From Octopus vulgaris (taxonomy: Eukaryota): a DNA stretch of 64,000 nt. The DNA is taken from positions 144,336,001-144,400,000 of the forward strand of contig OX597818.1 in NCBI GenBank assembly GCA_951406725.2, read 5' to 3'. Position 1 is the stretch's first letter; each line of letters starts with the position of its first letter. Shown here piece by piece: positions 52,731-64,000 of the stretch. The translations under genes and the position numbers were made by a program. Below the pieces are notes generated by a model. That model worked only from the letters and a program-made list of their open reading frames with translations. It was not told where the DNA came from and searched no databases.

Positions 52731-54329
52731 TTGTGAAGCCTACCAAGAAATGCTAGTTATACATACAACAGGCTTCAACACAGTTTCTCTTTTATCTTAT
52801 TTCACTCGAAAGATATTGATCAACCCAAAGCTGTGGTAGAAGATATATGGTCAAAATGATATGCAGTGGGACTGAACTTGAAACCACAGGGCTGTGAAAC
52901 GAATTTCTTAGCCACACAGTCTATTGTCATTGATAATGTAACTGAAGCTACAAACAGTTGACATTACACGGCTAATAATCAACATTGTACATGACAAACT
53001 TCTAATTACTATAATTATCATTCTGACAAAATACACAGGTATCCTGACTACACATTATAGAAAACAACATTGAGCCAATGACAAGAACTGTAAATGTAGA
53101 CACTTGACCTACTAAATAAAAAAAAACCCATCAAAAATCAGTGTCATTCCAGAGATTAGTGTTTCAAATCTTTTACAACTTTAACAAATTAATAAACCTT
53201 CAGTGATCCTTTTTGTAAAGAATATTTCTATAGGACACACTTAACATTTCATACATTTGAAGAGAATTATTCCCTTTTTTTTTTTGTAAATTTTGTCTTG
53301 TGGCCTTTATGCTTATACCTTACTGTATAACATATTCTTTAACACTTCACATTTTCCCAAAGTAAAAGATGTCACTGCAACTTTTTCAGAATTATCATTT
53401 GATAATCTCACAAATACACAAACTCCTGTGTTACAAGGTCACTTCATACCCAGAATCTCTAGTGATGGCCATCTGGAGAACAGTGTTTGCTACTTTACTT
53501 GCTTATCCAAAAGGTTCCAAAGGGCAAATGATAGTACTAGCTTATCTGCTGCTCTAGAGTTCAGCAAACTGTACTTTATGTAGCTTCATCGTTTCTGAGA
53601 TAAGTCCCATATCTTTGGCTTGGTATTAAATTGTGTTTTCCATGAAAGATTTTGTGCTCTATGTAAAAGTTTCTGATGTTATACCATGACCTCGAGAATT
53701 ACTGCCCAAGATAGATTTTGGCTCAAGGAAACAAGAGATGGTCAGAGCTGGAACTCCTTGGACCATAGATCTCTCTGATCAGGTTTGACCTGGAGCTTAA
53801 TGCTTTTGTTACCAATATTTCTGTTGAAATACCCTGCGTTTCTTTCAATTAATTTCGAAAATAAATTTATTATTCACTGGTATTTGGATCACCAATTAAC
53901 ATGAAATTTTGCTAGGTTTTAATTTAAATCAACTTTCAAACTAAAAGTTTGTAATATAGATAGCTAGTTTTACTATCAAAAAGGGCTTAAAAGAAAAAAA
54001 AAAAAAAAGATTGTGCAAGATCCATGAATGACATGTCTTTTCCACACTTAATGCTGAGAGCGACACATTTTAATTGAAACTTCTTGACGTCAACTTTTAG
54101 AAGTCAGAGCAATCTTGATGAAGATGCAGTTTCCAACAGAATTTGTCACTGTTAATTTTTAGTTTTCTTTTTACATGACTTAAAAAAAAAAAAGGGGCAG
54201 CACCTGTTACCCTTTCCTGGGCCTATGTGGATGGTGGTAGGAAGTTATCCTCAATATGGTAGAGACCAAGATAAAATGCTTGGATTAGAGTGAACTCCAC
54301 TCAAGACGCAAGTTCACTCGATAGTGATG

Positions 54330-54715
54330 TTCTTTCCTACTCTAGGCACAAGGCCCGAAATTTTGGGGGAGGGGCCAGTCGATTAGATCAACCCCAGTAT
54401 ACAACTGGTACTTAATCTATTGACCCCGAAAGGATGAAAGGCAAAGTTGACCACAGCAGAATTTGAACTCAGAACAAAGAGACAAAATACCTATTTTACT
54501 ACCCACAGGGGGCTAAACACAGAGAGCACAAACAAGGACAAACAAACGGATTAAGTCAATTATATCAACCTTAGTGCGTAACTGGTACTTATTTAATCGA
54601 CCCCGAAAGGATGAAAGGCAAAGTCAACCTCGGCGGAATTTGAACTTAGCAGCAGACGAAATACCGCTAAGTGTTTCGCCCAGGTGTGCTAACGATTCTG
54701 CCAGCTTGCTGCCTT
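54330..54715 (-). mobile_element. Composite or tandem family B SINE
   Basis: Two partial reverse-complement copies of the gaccccgaaaggatgaaaggcaaagtc core. Confidence 0.75.
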
Positions 54716-57700
54716 AACTACATGGTGATATTAAACTACACATTGAATTAAGTGAACCACCCAAAAGTTAGGAAGTCTTTCCAACAGGCTTTTCTATATT
54801 TTCCATCAATCTGACCAGAGGCTATAATGACACTGGCTCAAAGTGTCAAACACAAAAGCACATTGCTTGCAAACTGAAATTCCTAACCTTCCAACCATGA
54901 CTCTTCCACACAGCTGCACTAAATTACAGATCAGCTCCTTGGGGTGGTCTTTGAGACTTGAATATTTAATAAGGAACAGCTATTTATGTTTACTGTAGAG
55001 CCAAGTCAGTTCTGATCAAGTAGAATCAAAGGATCCTGATTATGACCATTCTATGTTCCAGACATTGTGTACCCTGGACTGCATCATCAAATATAACCTT
55101 TTATTATGTTAAGACAGCCTAAAGTCAACCAAACCTACTTAAATAAAACTTTCTACTGAAAACCTGCTTAGTGAGACACTGTTCTAGTGGACCCATCAAT
55201 GATTTGTGCAGGTACCTCTATGAAAACTAAAAACACAATACCAGTTCCTAACATGGGTTTCATGCTGATATTCTAACGTGGCATCGGCAGATGAACGAAT
55301 GGTAGTAGCATAACAGTGTGTTCAAGGTTGGTGTGACCACAAGACAGACACAACGTATGCACAAACAGTTTCAAAAAATTTGACACAAACAGAAAATATG
55401 CAAATAAAAAAAAAAAAGTAATTTCAACATTGACTCCCTCCCTCAAGTTAAGGATAGAGTGACTGATGTAATCTGGAAAAAAATGAATGGTCATAGATTT
55501 TAATTCATTCAGTCTGGGTTAAACACCACCACCAAAAACAAATCATTAGTCCTGCTCAATATGGAATACAAACCACACAGGCCTTAAAGAGGAACTTTCT
55601 TAATTGCTAACACAGAGCTGAGAATTCTATCATTTGAAATGTTGGGGATCACATAATAAAACTGAAGTCAATGCTCCTCAGAAGGATATTAACAAAGGAG
55701 AAATTAAGTTTCATAACCTATTGAATTTAATAATAATTACTCTCTACTCAATGGTACTTGCATTAGATGAAACTGTGATTACTGACCCAGTTTAGAAAAC
55801 CACAGATAATGTGGATGAGAATAAGGCTGTGATAATGGTCATTGCTTGCTTTCTTGTATGTATTGAGCAAGATAAATAAATAGAAATATTAAGCTAGAAT
55901 TGAAAATTACTGATGAAAAGTACATCTCAAGGTTAACATTACCCTGGTATTTACCACAATGTAACTAATCAATAAGGTTTAATCAATATGAATTTAACAT
56001 ATTTAAGGGTATATCATGGCTTAGTGGTAAGTAGACTGACTTCAGATTAAGTTGCTGGGCTGCACAGAGGAAAAAAAAAAAAAAGGTCATGAATTATCAA
56101 AACTATACTATTGTATTTAGAAGCAATGTATAATATTCTGTTGTTTGTTTACCAAGTGGGAAGGTATTTGAACTTCACAGCAAATAAGTTATAAAAATAT
56201 TTAGCTCACAAGAAAAAAAATCCTACTCCAGTAGGCTTTTTTTTTTTTTTTTACACTACTTTTCTTGAAAATTATGAATAACTAGTTTAACTGAAAACCA
56301 ACCCAGCAAGCAGTAACTTTATATGTTGAGAATGTTTTAGTACTTGTATGTATTTAAAATGATAAAGTGTAATGAATGATCATTGACTAGACTAGAGGGT
56401 CAGTATAACAGGTGGGTCACTATCACTGAGTTCCCTGTGGGCCTCAGACCTTTTCTAAAAGGTTTTAAAATTTAAATGAATTTGCAGGGTACTGAGCAAC
56501 TGATGGCTTTTGGAGTGTCTTATGCTACAGTTTTATTCTTACTTACATAAACATTGTTAATAGTGGAAATAGGGAGATACACAGGGTTGTTTTTGTGGGC
56601 TATAGGTATATGTAAAAGAGAAAGATTATACCTAATATATAACAGCCAGTTTGATTAGCTATCCTTTTGTCACAATTTTGTTTCCACAGAGCTACTTGGG
56701 ACTAGATGACAAAAGCAACTGACAGCAGATTGATATGGGCAAGTTTAGGATCAATTATATTGAGGTAGCCAGTAGACATCTTAACTTTACAAGATGTACC
56801 TTTTGGTTAGAAAGACAATTGTTAAGTGACCAGCATCCAAATTAAATTACGAGGTTTGAAAATCTGAATCAAAGTGATTTATAAGATATTTGATAAAGTA
56901 TTGTAAGATGAAACTAATAAGAAAATGGAGGAAACATGCTTGGAAATTGGACAGATGGAATGAGGTAAAGTTGGACAGTAACAGGTTTTATGAAATGATT
57001 ATCAACATTTTTGAAAGAGCAAATAATATACAATTACAGCATAAATGAAAACGGGGACTTGAAATTTTCAACGGTTGATCTAGTTAGACTTATTATTTCA
57101 TTACTGTCACACTGGCCCATTGGAACTTGTAACCAAAGGTGCTTTTATTGTTCAAAATTTGCCATATAAAATAGAAATAAATTAGAGTTAAAACAGTCAA
57201 GCAGCTCAACCAAACTGTTAATTAATCAAGATGAAATCTAAGCATTTTCTAATGATGAAGCACTGACGATAAACAGACATTATACACTGCCAGACTCTCT
57301 CCATCAACAACAAAAAAAACCCCATCAGTGTTAATAGACATAATATTGTTTACTTAAAAAAATAATAAATTATTTCGACAGTTAATAAATAATTATTTAT
57401 TTGAGTTTGCTACATTATTTCTTTTGTACAGGAAAAACACAAATTTTAAAGAAGGTTTTTAAATTTCATTAATGCATGTATTTGAACATATAATTCTTTG
57501 GACCATTGCTGTAAAATATTATGATGATAAATGTAGAGAACAAAACAAAACATCTTGGAAGAAGATCTAGCAAGGAAAATCTAATACATTTTCACTTGCT
57601 GGATATAATTAGCTTACTTCACTCATCTCTAATGACATTTAGAATGGTATAAATACCACACTCACTATAATTTTCATTTCTTCTCAGTGAAGTTAGGACC

Positions 57701-58016
57701 TAGTGCCTATCTAAGAAACTGATATTATTCAACAGGCACTGGGATAAAACCAGTTACCTGCAACAAAGAGGTAAGCTCCAAGCAAACCATGTTCAATCCC
57801 AGGTTATATCCTATCACACAATCTTACTTTCCATCCTAAAAAAAAAACAAAAAAACAAAAACAATTTGGACTAAAACCCAAAGCAAAATGAAATACTTTA
57901 AATGGTAGATAACAAATAACAAAAAGTTTTGACCTAAAAATTATTTATTTAAAGATTGGATTGGGATCGGATAGGGGAATTTTCAGAAGTCAAAATGGGG
58001 CATTTGACTGAGAGTG

Positions 58017-58251
58017 TCAAATTTTCACAGTAAAAGTCACAGGTCGACTGCCTGCTTGAGTAGAGGCTGTAGTACTGCTGCTACCAGCATTTGAACCTTT
58101 GTTGCTAAATAGTGCTTTATGAATTAGATTCACATCAACTACAGCAGTTGATGAAGTAGAAGAACTCTGTGAGGTTGTTCCACCACGGGTTGATGTACCA
58201 CTATCCAGTTTAGCATTGGCACCAGAACTACTGTTTAAATCTTTTCGGAAC
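58017..58251 (-). CDS. POLDIP3: POLDIP3 last coding exon, ending in TGA
   Basis: ttgcag acceptor. Encodes FRKDLNSSSG...VVDVNLIHKALFSNKG...SRPVTFTVKI*. The motifs VDxxxIxKALF and PxxFxxKI match the conserved POLDIP3 C-terminus (VDPDTILKALF...PTEFKIKL). Confidence 0.9.
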
Positions 58252-59551
58252 CTGCAATCAAAACAGGTGTGTCAGTTAAAAGAGAGAACAATAAAACAAG
58301 AACAATTCTTTTATTTAACATTTGCACAACATTCATAAAATGCATTCTCAGTTTTTGTCAAAGTTTCTACAAAGACCGATTTATAAAGGTTACTGATGAA
58401 CCAATGAGTTATTTCTATTTTTCTGCTGTTTTTATCCTTTTCACAGCTGAAATGTTTCACACATAAAAAATGTTGTTTCAGTACCACACAATAAAACTTA
58501 TGTAATAAACGCAAAAATAGCTGTCAAACTGTGTTAAATTAACTTATGTAACTTTGCATGGAAAGTGTTAAAAGTTTGCATGAATGAAAATTATCTTGAT
58601 TATATTGGTATAGCAAACTCTGAACTTGAAAAATAAATCCCCAAAAAACCCCCAAAAAACATGTACTTATTAATTTTAGATATTGTAATCCCCTTTTCAA
58701 AAAAAAATTATTGCCGATAAAAAAGAATAAAAGCTAGATAGAGGAGTGGCGGAATAGATATGAAAAAAAATAAAAATAAAAAAAGAGTTACGTGCCATTA
58801 GATCTCCAGTATTCACTTTTAGATCTCTTTATAATTAGGAGAGAAGGAAGTGTTGTGATGGAAAGGAGGAAGAAATCCTCAATCTGACACCTGGCCTCAA
58901 TGCTTGCTCTGGACTAAACTCTGCTAAAGGAATGCAAGGAGCCAGGTGATGAATTAAGTCCACCACCCAGGTAGGTCATGGCAGGATTTAAATTTTGAAT
59001 GCAAAGAACTGGAACAAATCCTGCAAAGTATGTGGCACAACAATCATACACTTGTATATATTTACTGTACTTTCTTTTGAGCACAAAAAGACAAAAGGTA
59101 AAATTGGTTTCAATGGGATTTCAATTCAGGGAGTTGAAACAAATAGCATGAGACATTCCATCTGATGCTTCACAACTCTGCCAATTCACTGCCAACAAGA
59201 ATTATATGGTATTTATTCTTGTAGTTGGGTAATCCTGAAATGATCTGGTTTAGAAGCTCAGTCGCTGTGAAGTACTTTGATGTTTAAACATCAACATGCT
59301 GTGATAATGATCATTAATTACATACATCAGAGAAGCACTCAACATTTGGTTAGCATTATACAAATGCATCTTCAATTTGTGATGTTTATTGACCTCAACC
59401 CTAAACAATTTTATTGTATTATACCTTTTAATCTTATGACTCCCAGCTTAAAAGAACCAACAACTGACAGAATTGTTAGACCTTGTCATTAATATAGCAT
59501 CGTAAACTAGACTATGTAACTCAATAAAGGAATCACAAACGGAATACATAC

Positions 59552-59648
59552 TTGAGAGGTTCTCCCAGAGATTTTGGTATTGCGGAACTGGAGTGGAGAG
59601 AAAACACTGGAGATGTAGGAGTCGTCATTTTTACTATCATTGGCTGAC
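59552..59648 (-). CDS. POLDIP3: POLDIP3 penultimate coding exon
   Basis: atatag acceptor and AA|gtatgt donor. The 97-nt exon is phase-compatible with both neighbours and encodes (G)QPMIVKMTTPTSPVFSLHSSSAIPKSLGEPL(K), completing the LDGQPM end of the RRM. Confidence 0.87.
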
Positions 59649-62600
59649 CTATATATATGTGAGAGAGAGAGAAATGTATTTATAACGTTGTTTAGTCTAC
59701 AAAGAATACAATTAAAATCTTAATAGTTAAAAGTAGGCAGCATTCCAAATGAATTAATTAAAAGGCTTTGTGACAACTGAAATTTTAATTAACATAATGG
59801 ATCTTTCAAGAATTTTGACACCGAGCATTCAATTAACAGATCAAATCCACATTCAACTTGTTAAATTAAAATATAAGTGGCTGAGTATTCTACAGACACA
59901 CGAATCCTTAATGTAATTCTCAAGCTGAGTCATGATCCGTGACAAAGCCCATCTTTGAATTAAAGATACAGTTCATCTGACAGGCTTCCAGTTTCCAGCT
60001 GCCCAATTCCACTCAGAAGGCTTGGACTGATCTGAGGCAATGGTGAAAATATTTCTTTAAATTGCTATAGATTTAACCCAAAGCCTCATCACTGCAAAGC
60101 AATCTTCTCAACCACTCAGCCATGTTTGCATTTTCTTCAACATAATATCAGGGATGATTTTTTTGTCAAATTGAAAACTTTCAATGACTTTAGATTTGCT
60201 AATGGACAGCCAATATCAGACAAGTAACATCAGATGGTGAATCAAACAAGTCAGAAATGGTTTGATTTTACAAGGAAGAATGAATAAACATGAAAAGATT
60301 TTTGACCAGGGTTTTAAAAGTTGCTATTCACTAAACCAGCAGGTCACCTTTAGCATAGGATTGATGTATTTCAATACTGATTTAATCATCTTTCTACCTT
60401 GCTCCAGTCGTATACTTCAGTCACAAAGTTTGTGTTAAGAAAAAAAAACACCTGCCTTATGTAAAGACAGTTTTATAACTATTTTAAAGATAGAGCTGAC
60501 AGTATTACAAAACTGCTCTGTTGAATGAGTGGTTTCAGCCATATAGATATTCACAACAATGTTTCCATGGAAACTCAGCTTTCTTTTACCAAATTCATTT
60601 GCTATATTCATGACTATGAGACTGTTGTAATCACACTTGCTGTTCAACTCCAACAGAACAGCTCAAAGTTGTTCCAACAGTGACATCCCCACAGGTTTTC
60701 AGGCATAATGTATCTAAAACTTTATTGTCCAAAGTGTTCTTTCCTTTTTTTTTAAAGACAGTAGGGAAATTAGTCAATTTCCGGCAGGTTGAGGAACAAC
60801 AATAAGGTTCACTCATTGCAAGTTTTCTATTCTGGAGGAATTTAAAAATAAGCTGGAGTGCACTTCATGGAAGATCAATTGTGTGTGTGTGTACACTATA
60901 TCCTCACATAAAAACCAGTAATATGTTGACATTTCTTGCCAGCAAATCTTCTCTAGCTCTGCACTTTCAAAAACAAAATTTAATAAAAATCCTTTACACA
61001 AAAAAGTAATGGTTACCAACAGGAAAGGCATCTGGCAGTAAAATGAATACATATCTATCAACAAAATATGAAAATATTCTAACAAAAGGCCTTATGTACA
61101 GATTTTTATGTACTATTTGATATCTGGAATCAATATATAAAGTTGAACAACAGTTGTCAATTTCCCAACACATTTCATGACAGAAGAAAAAAATTAATTT
61201 ATGCACGTGAGGGTCAAATATGAACAACAGTGAAAATTCGTAAAAATCATATCTCAGTACATCTGATAACAACTATTTAGGGAGTTAGGCAAACAAGATT
61301 ATAGTTTTAGTACAGGTATATTCTCAAACCTTTCTATTATCATATTTCATATCATAATTTTCTAATTTTATGACAAAAATCTTTATCAGTAAATTTATAG
61401 CTGATAAGGGCTTGTTCCTAATGTGCTGAAAATAAATACATAAAACAAAATATAAATATCTACATTTCCAGAAGTATCAGACATCACGTGTCATTAAAAA
61501 ATTACAAGTATCTGAGCAAAGACATTTCACACTTTCTGGTCTAGTTCATTTACTGTCAGTCACTAGCACACTTAGGTAATTCAATGCTTTGCAACCCTGT
61601 TGCAAGAAAGAAGATGAATAACACCAACATGCTTCTGATAATTATAATTAATATTAAGGTGATGAAAGGCCGAATCATTTGTACACAGACAAAATGCTTA
61701 GCAGCATTTCATCCACCTTTATGTTCCGAGTTCAGATTCTACTAAGGTTGACTTTTACCTTTCATCTTTTCAGAGTCAATAAGTACTGGGGTCAATTTAA
61801 TTGACCTAGCTCTGTTCCCCAAAATTTCAGGCCATGTGCCTATAGTAGTGAGGATTACCATTTGGCCTTTTATCTTTTCAGAGTTGATAAAATACAGTCA
61901 AAAACTAGTACTGAGTAACCCCTTTCCTCAAAATTATCAGTCTTGTGTCTAAATTAGGAAACATTACTATCCAAGATGATAATCGCAATGACAAAATAGT
62001 AGATACTACAAATATATATATCTCAGACAGTACCTGAAAATGGGTATGTCTGAACATAGATATAGCTCTGAAAAGAAACACTGGTTTTTTGGATGCAGAC
62101 CTAGGGGTCAGCTGAAAATTTTGTGGACGTACTGGGAGAGAGGGAGAGGAAAAAAAAAAGTAAATTTTATTTCATTCTATTTCTCTCTTGGCTATCACTG
62201 CCTCCAAGTTTCCTTATTTCTTCACACCAATTTCTTCCAAATTTTGCTGCTACCCTCTGTCACCATTGCTTTGGTCAACTATTTTTAATTCCCCACCATT
62301 CATTCTCCTGACCAAACATGGATCACTCTGGCCACTGACTTTCTTTCCTAGTTTAAGTTTCCATGCATTGAGAACTACAACAATTCAAGGTTGCTGCACC
62401 TACATGTACAATGTGCTTGCAAGGTTCAGCATTAGTAATAGTGGCTTGTTGTGAAAATGCAGTTTCCTTGTCGAAGATTTCTTTGCTTTGTATACAAGTT
62501 ACACTACTGACATATACACGAGTAAATAGAGTATCTTTCCTACTGGCCATAGAAAATCTTCCAGCTGTCATATCCATTTAATATAGATGCTTCTATACAA

Positions 62601-62664
62601 ACACACACACCACAAAGAGAAATAATAGAGCTAGATTTGAAAGCAAACAAGAAAGGAAGCCTAC

Positions 62665-62794
62665 CATCAAGTTCTCTGTTGTGGTATTTATTGACAGCAG
62701 CTACAGCATCATTATATGATAAATAAACAACTTCTGCACAACCAGCTTTCAATAGATGGGCCTTTTTTAGGGCTCCAACTGCACCAAACAACTC
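62665..62794 (-). CDS. POLDIP3: Polymerase delta-interacting protein 3 (SKAR), RRM-encoding exon; third-to-last coding exon, upstream exons outside window
   Basis: Bounded by ttttag acceptor and G|gtaggc donor. 130 nt encodes ELFGAVGALKKAHLLKAGCAEVVYLSYNDAVAAVNKYHNRELD(G), which resembles the vertebrate POLDIP3 RRM as I recall it (ELFCVCGALKRARLVHPGVAEVVF...YNNRCLDGQPM). Confidence 0.9.
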
Positions 62795-62916
62795 CTAAAA
62801 GAAAAAAAAAGAAACCCAGATCATTCAACAGATATTATTTCAAGTATATGAATAATGAAAAGAATTTATGATTTAGGCACAAAGCCAGTAATTTTACCTA
62901 ATTCAGACTACTTTAA

Positions 62917-63137
62917 CCCTTTAGCATTTAAACCGGCCATATCCGGCCAAAAATATTCTACCTGTTTTATGTTCAAACTGGCCAATCTGGTCTCTCACAC
63001 CAACCCTACAATATCATTTTAAAAATTAACAGCTACCTCATCAAAATCTCATAACTACAAGATAATGCATGATTAGTTCAAAACAATGTGGATAAAAAAA
63101 GCATTAATTTCGGCAGAACATTGTGAACACTAAAGGG
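62917..63137. mobile_element. piggyBac-type MITE in a POLDIP3 intron
   Basis: TTAA|CCCTTTAG...CTAAAGGG|TTAA: TTAA target duplication with CCC/GGG ends. Confidence 0.85.
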
Positions 63138-63202
63138 TTAAACCATAAACCAAGTTTTCTAATATAAAATGAGTTATTTTTTGCTGATGGAATATTGTAA
63201 AT

Positions 63203-63240
<38 letters not shown>

Positions 63241-64000
63241 CTCTGCAAAACAATATACAATGAGTAAAAGAAAGAGATGCTATATATCAGCTGATGTTTT
63301 TCTTTTACAGATTTCAAATACTAAAAGTCATTGTTCTGATGACAAAACAATGAAGAAATGCTAATACCACTATAAACGGATATGATTTGGAATGTTGTTA
63401 AGCCTTAATGTCTTACATACAAGCTGATATCTATGAACATAGGTAAGGTAGCAGGAGGCCATAAATGTCTAGTAGCAATAGGGAAGCGGGTTTTGCAAGG
63501 CATCCTTGACAAGTAAAGGAACAAACCCGATACTGGGTCAAACAATGTCTAACCCTACATGCCAAACAGCGACAGTTTTGGTAAAATAATAATATGACTT
63601 TTGGTGCAGTAGATGTACTGGAATACTTAGCAATATAAGTAGCCATGAAATGAAGGTTAGAGAGTGACCAGGTGGGTCACTGGAAAAACAAACAAGTTCT
63701 GATATCAATGTTTATTTAATTTGCATTAGAGAAAGGTTGAATGACAGTTTAAAAAATACATAAACTTGGTAATGTAGAAATATATAAAATACAAATTAAT
63801 AATAACAGGTTTTATGCAATAGAAAATACTGAATGGACTATATCTTTTTTTTTTTTTTTATTTGCCATTAATTACTGACTGGTAAAAAAAGAAGACAGTA
63901 ACACTAAAAAGACTTCTACTTCAGTGTTGTAAAATGTTAGTTGTGGCTAACAAAAAAAATCCCAAAATATAATTTCATAAAATAGAAAGACAATCTGGGG

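Noticed and set aside
60435-61272. Cluster of overlapping short minus-strand ORFs in a POLDIP3 intron (similar clusters at 12.2-13.0 and 32.4-33.2 kb)
   Set aside because: Possibly decayed coding or transposon relics, but no motif could be recognised, so no call is made.
62540-62664. ORF-track extension RLPFLFAFKSS... after the POLDIP3 RRM exon
   Set aside because: Intron read-through; splicing at G|gtaggc restores the conserved DGQPM motif.

Overview
AT-rich, microsatellite-dense animal genomic DNA. The tRNA-derived SINE families, RTE LINEs and simple-repeat load suggest an octopus or other coleoid cephalopod, but that is an inference. The only protein-coding gene I can identify is POLDIP3/SKAR: its last three coding exons lie on the minus strand at 62794-58017 and its 5' part is outside the window. 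A probable promoter (perfect NRF1-type palindrome at 8617-8628) and long non-coding first exon of an unidentified minus-strand gene lie at about 7.7-8.6 kb. The rest is mostly transposon-derived: decayed RTE LINEs, mariner relics, several SINE families and MITEs. The most notable structures are: (1) a very young Penelope-like retroelement (RT plus C-terminal GIY-YIG) inserted in (TA)n, with a 1.4-kb inverted copy of its own 3' end, a 22-nt templated junction fragment and a non-canonical hammerhead-like motif; (2) further degenerate hammerhead-like relics elsewhere; (3) a near-perfect palindrome with 302-bp arms at 4664-5288; (4) a small TIR element carrying eight telomere-type CCCTAA units, nested inside a fold-back element with roughly 410-bp TIRs. 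All calls were made by eye and no database searches were run.
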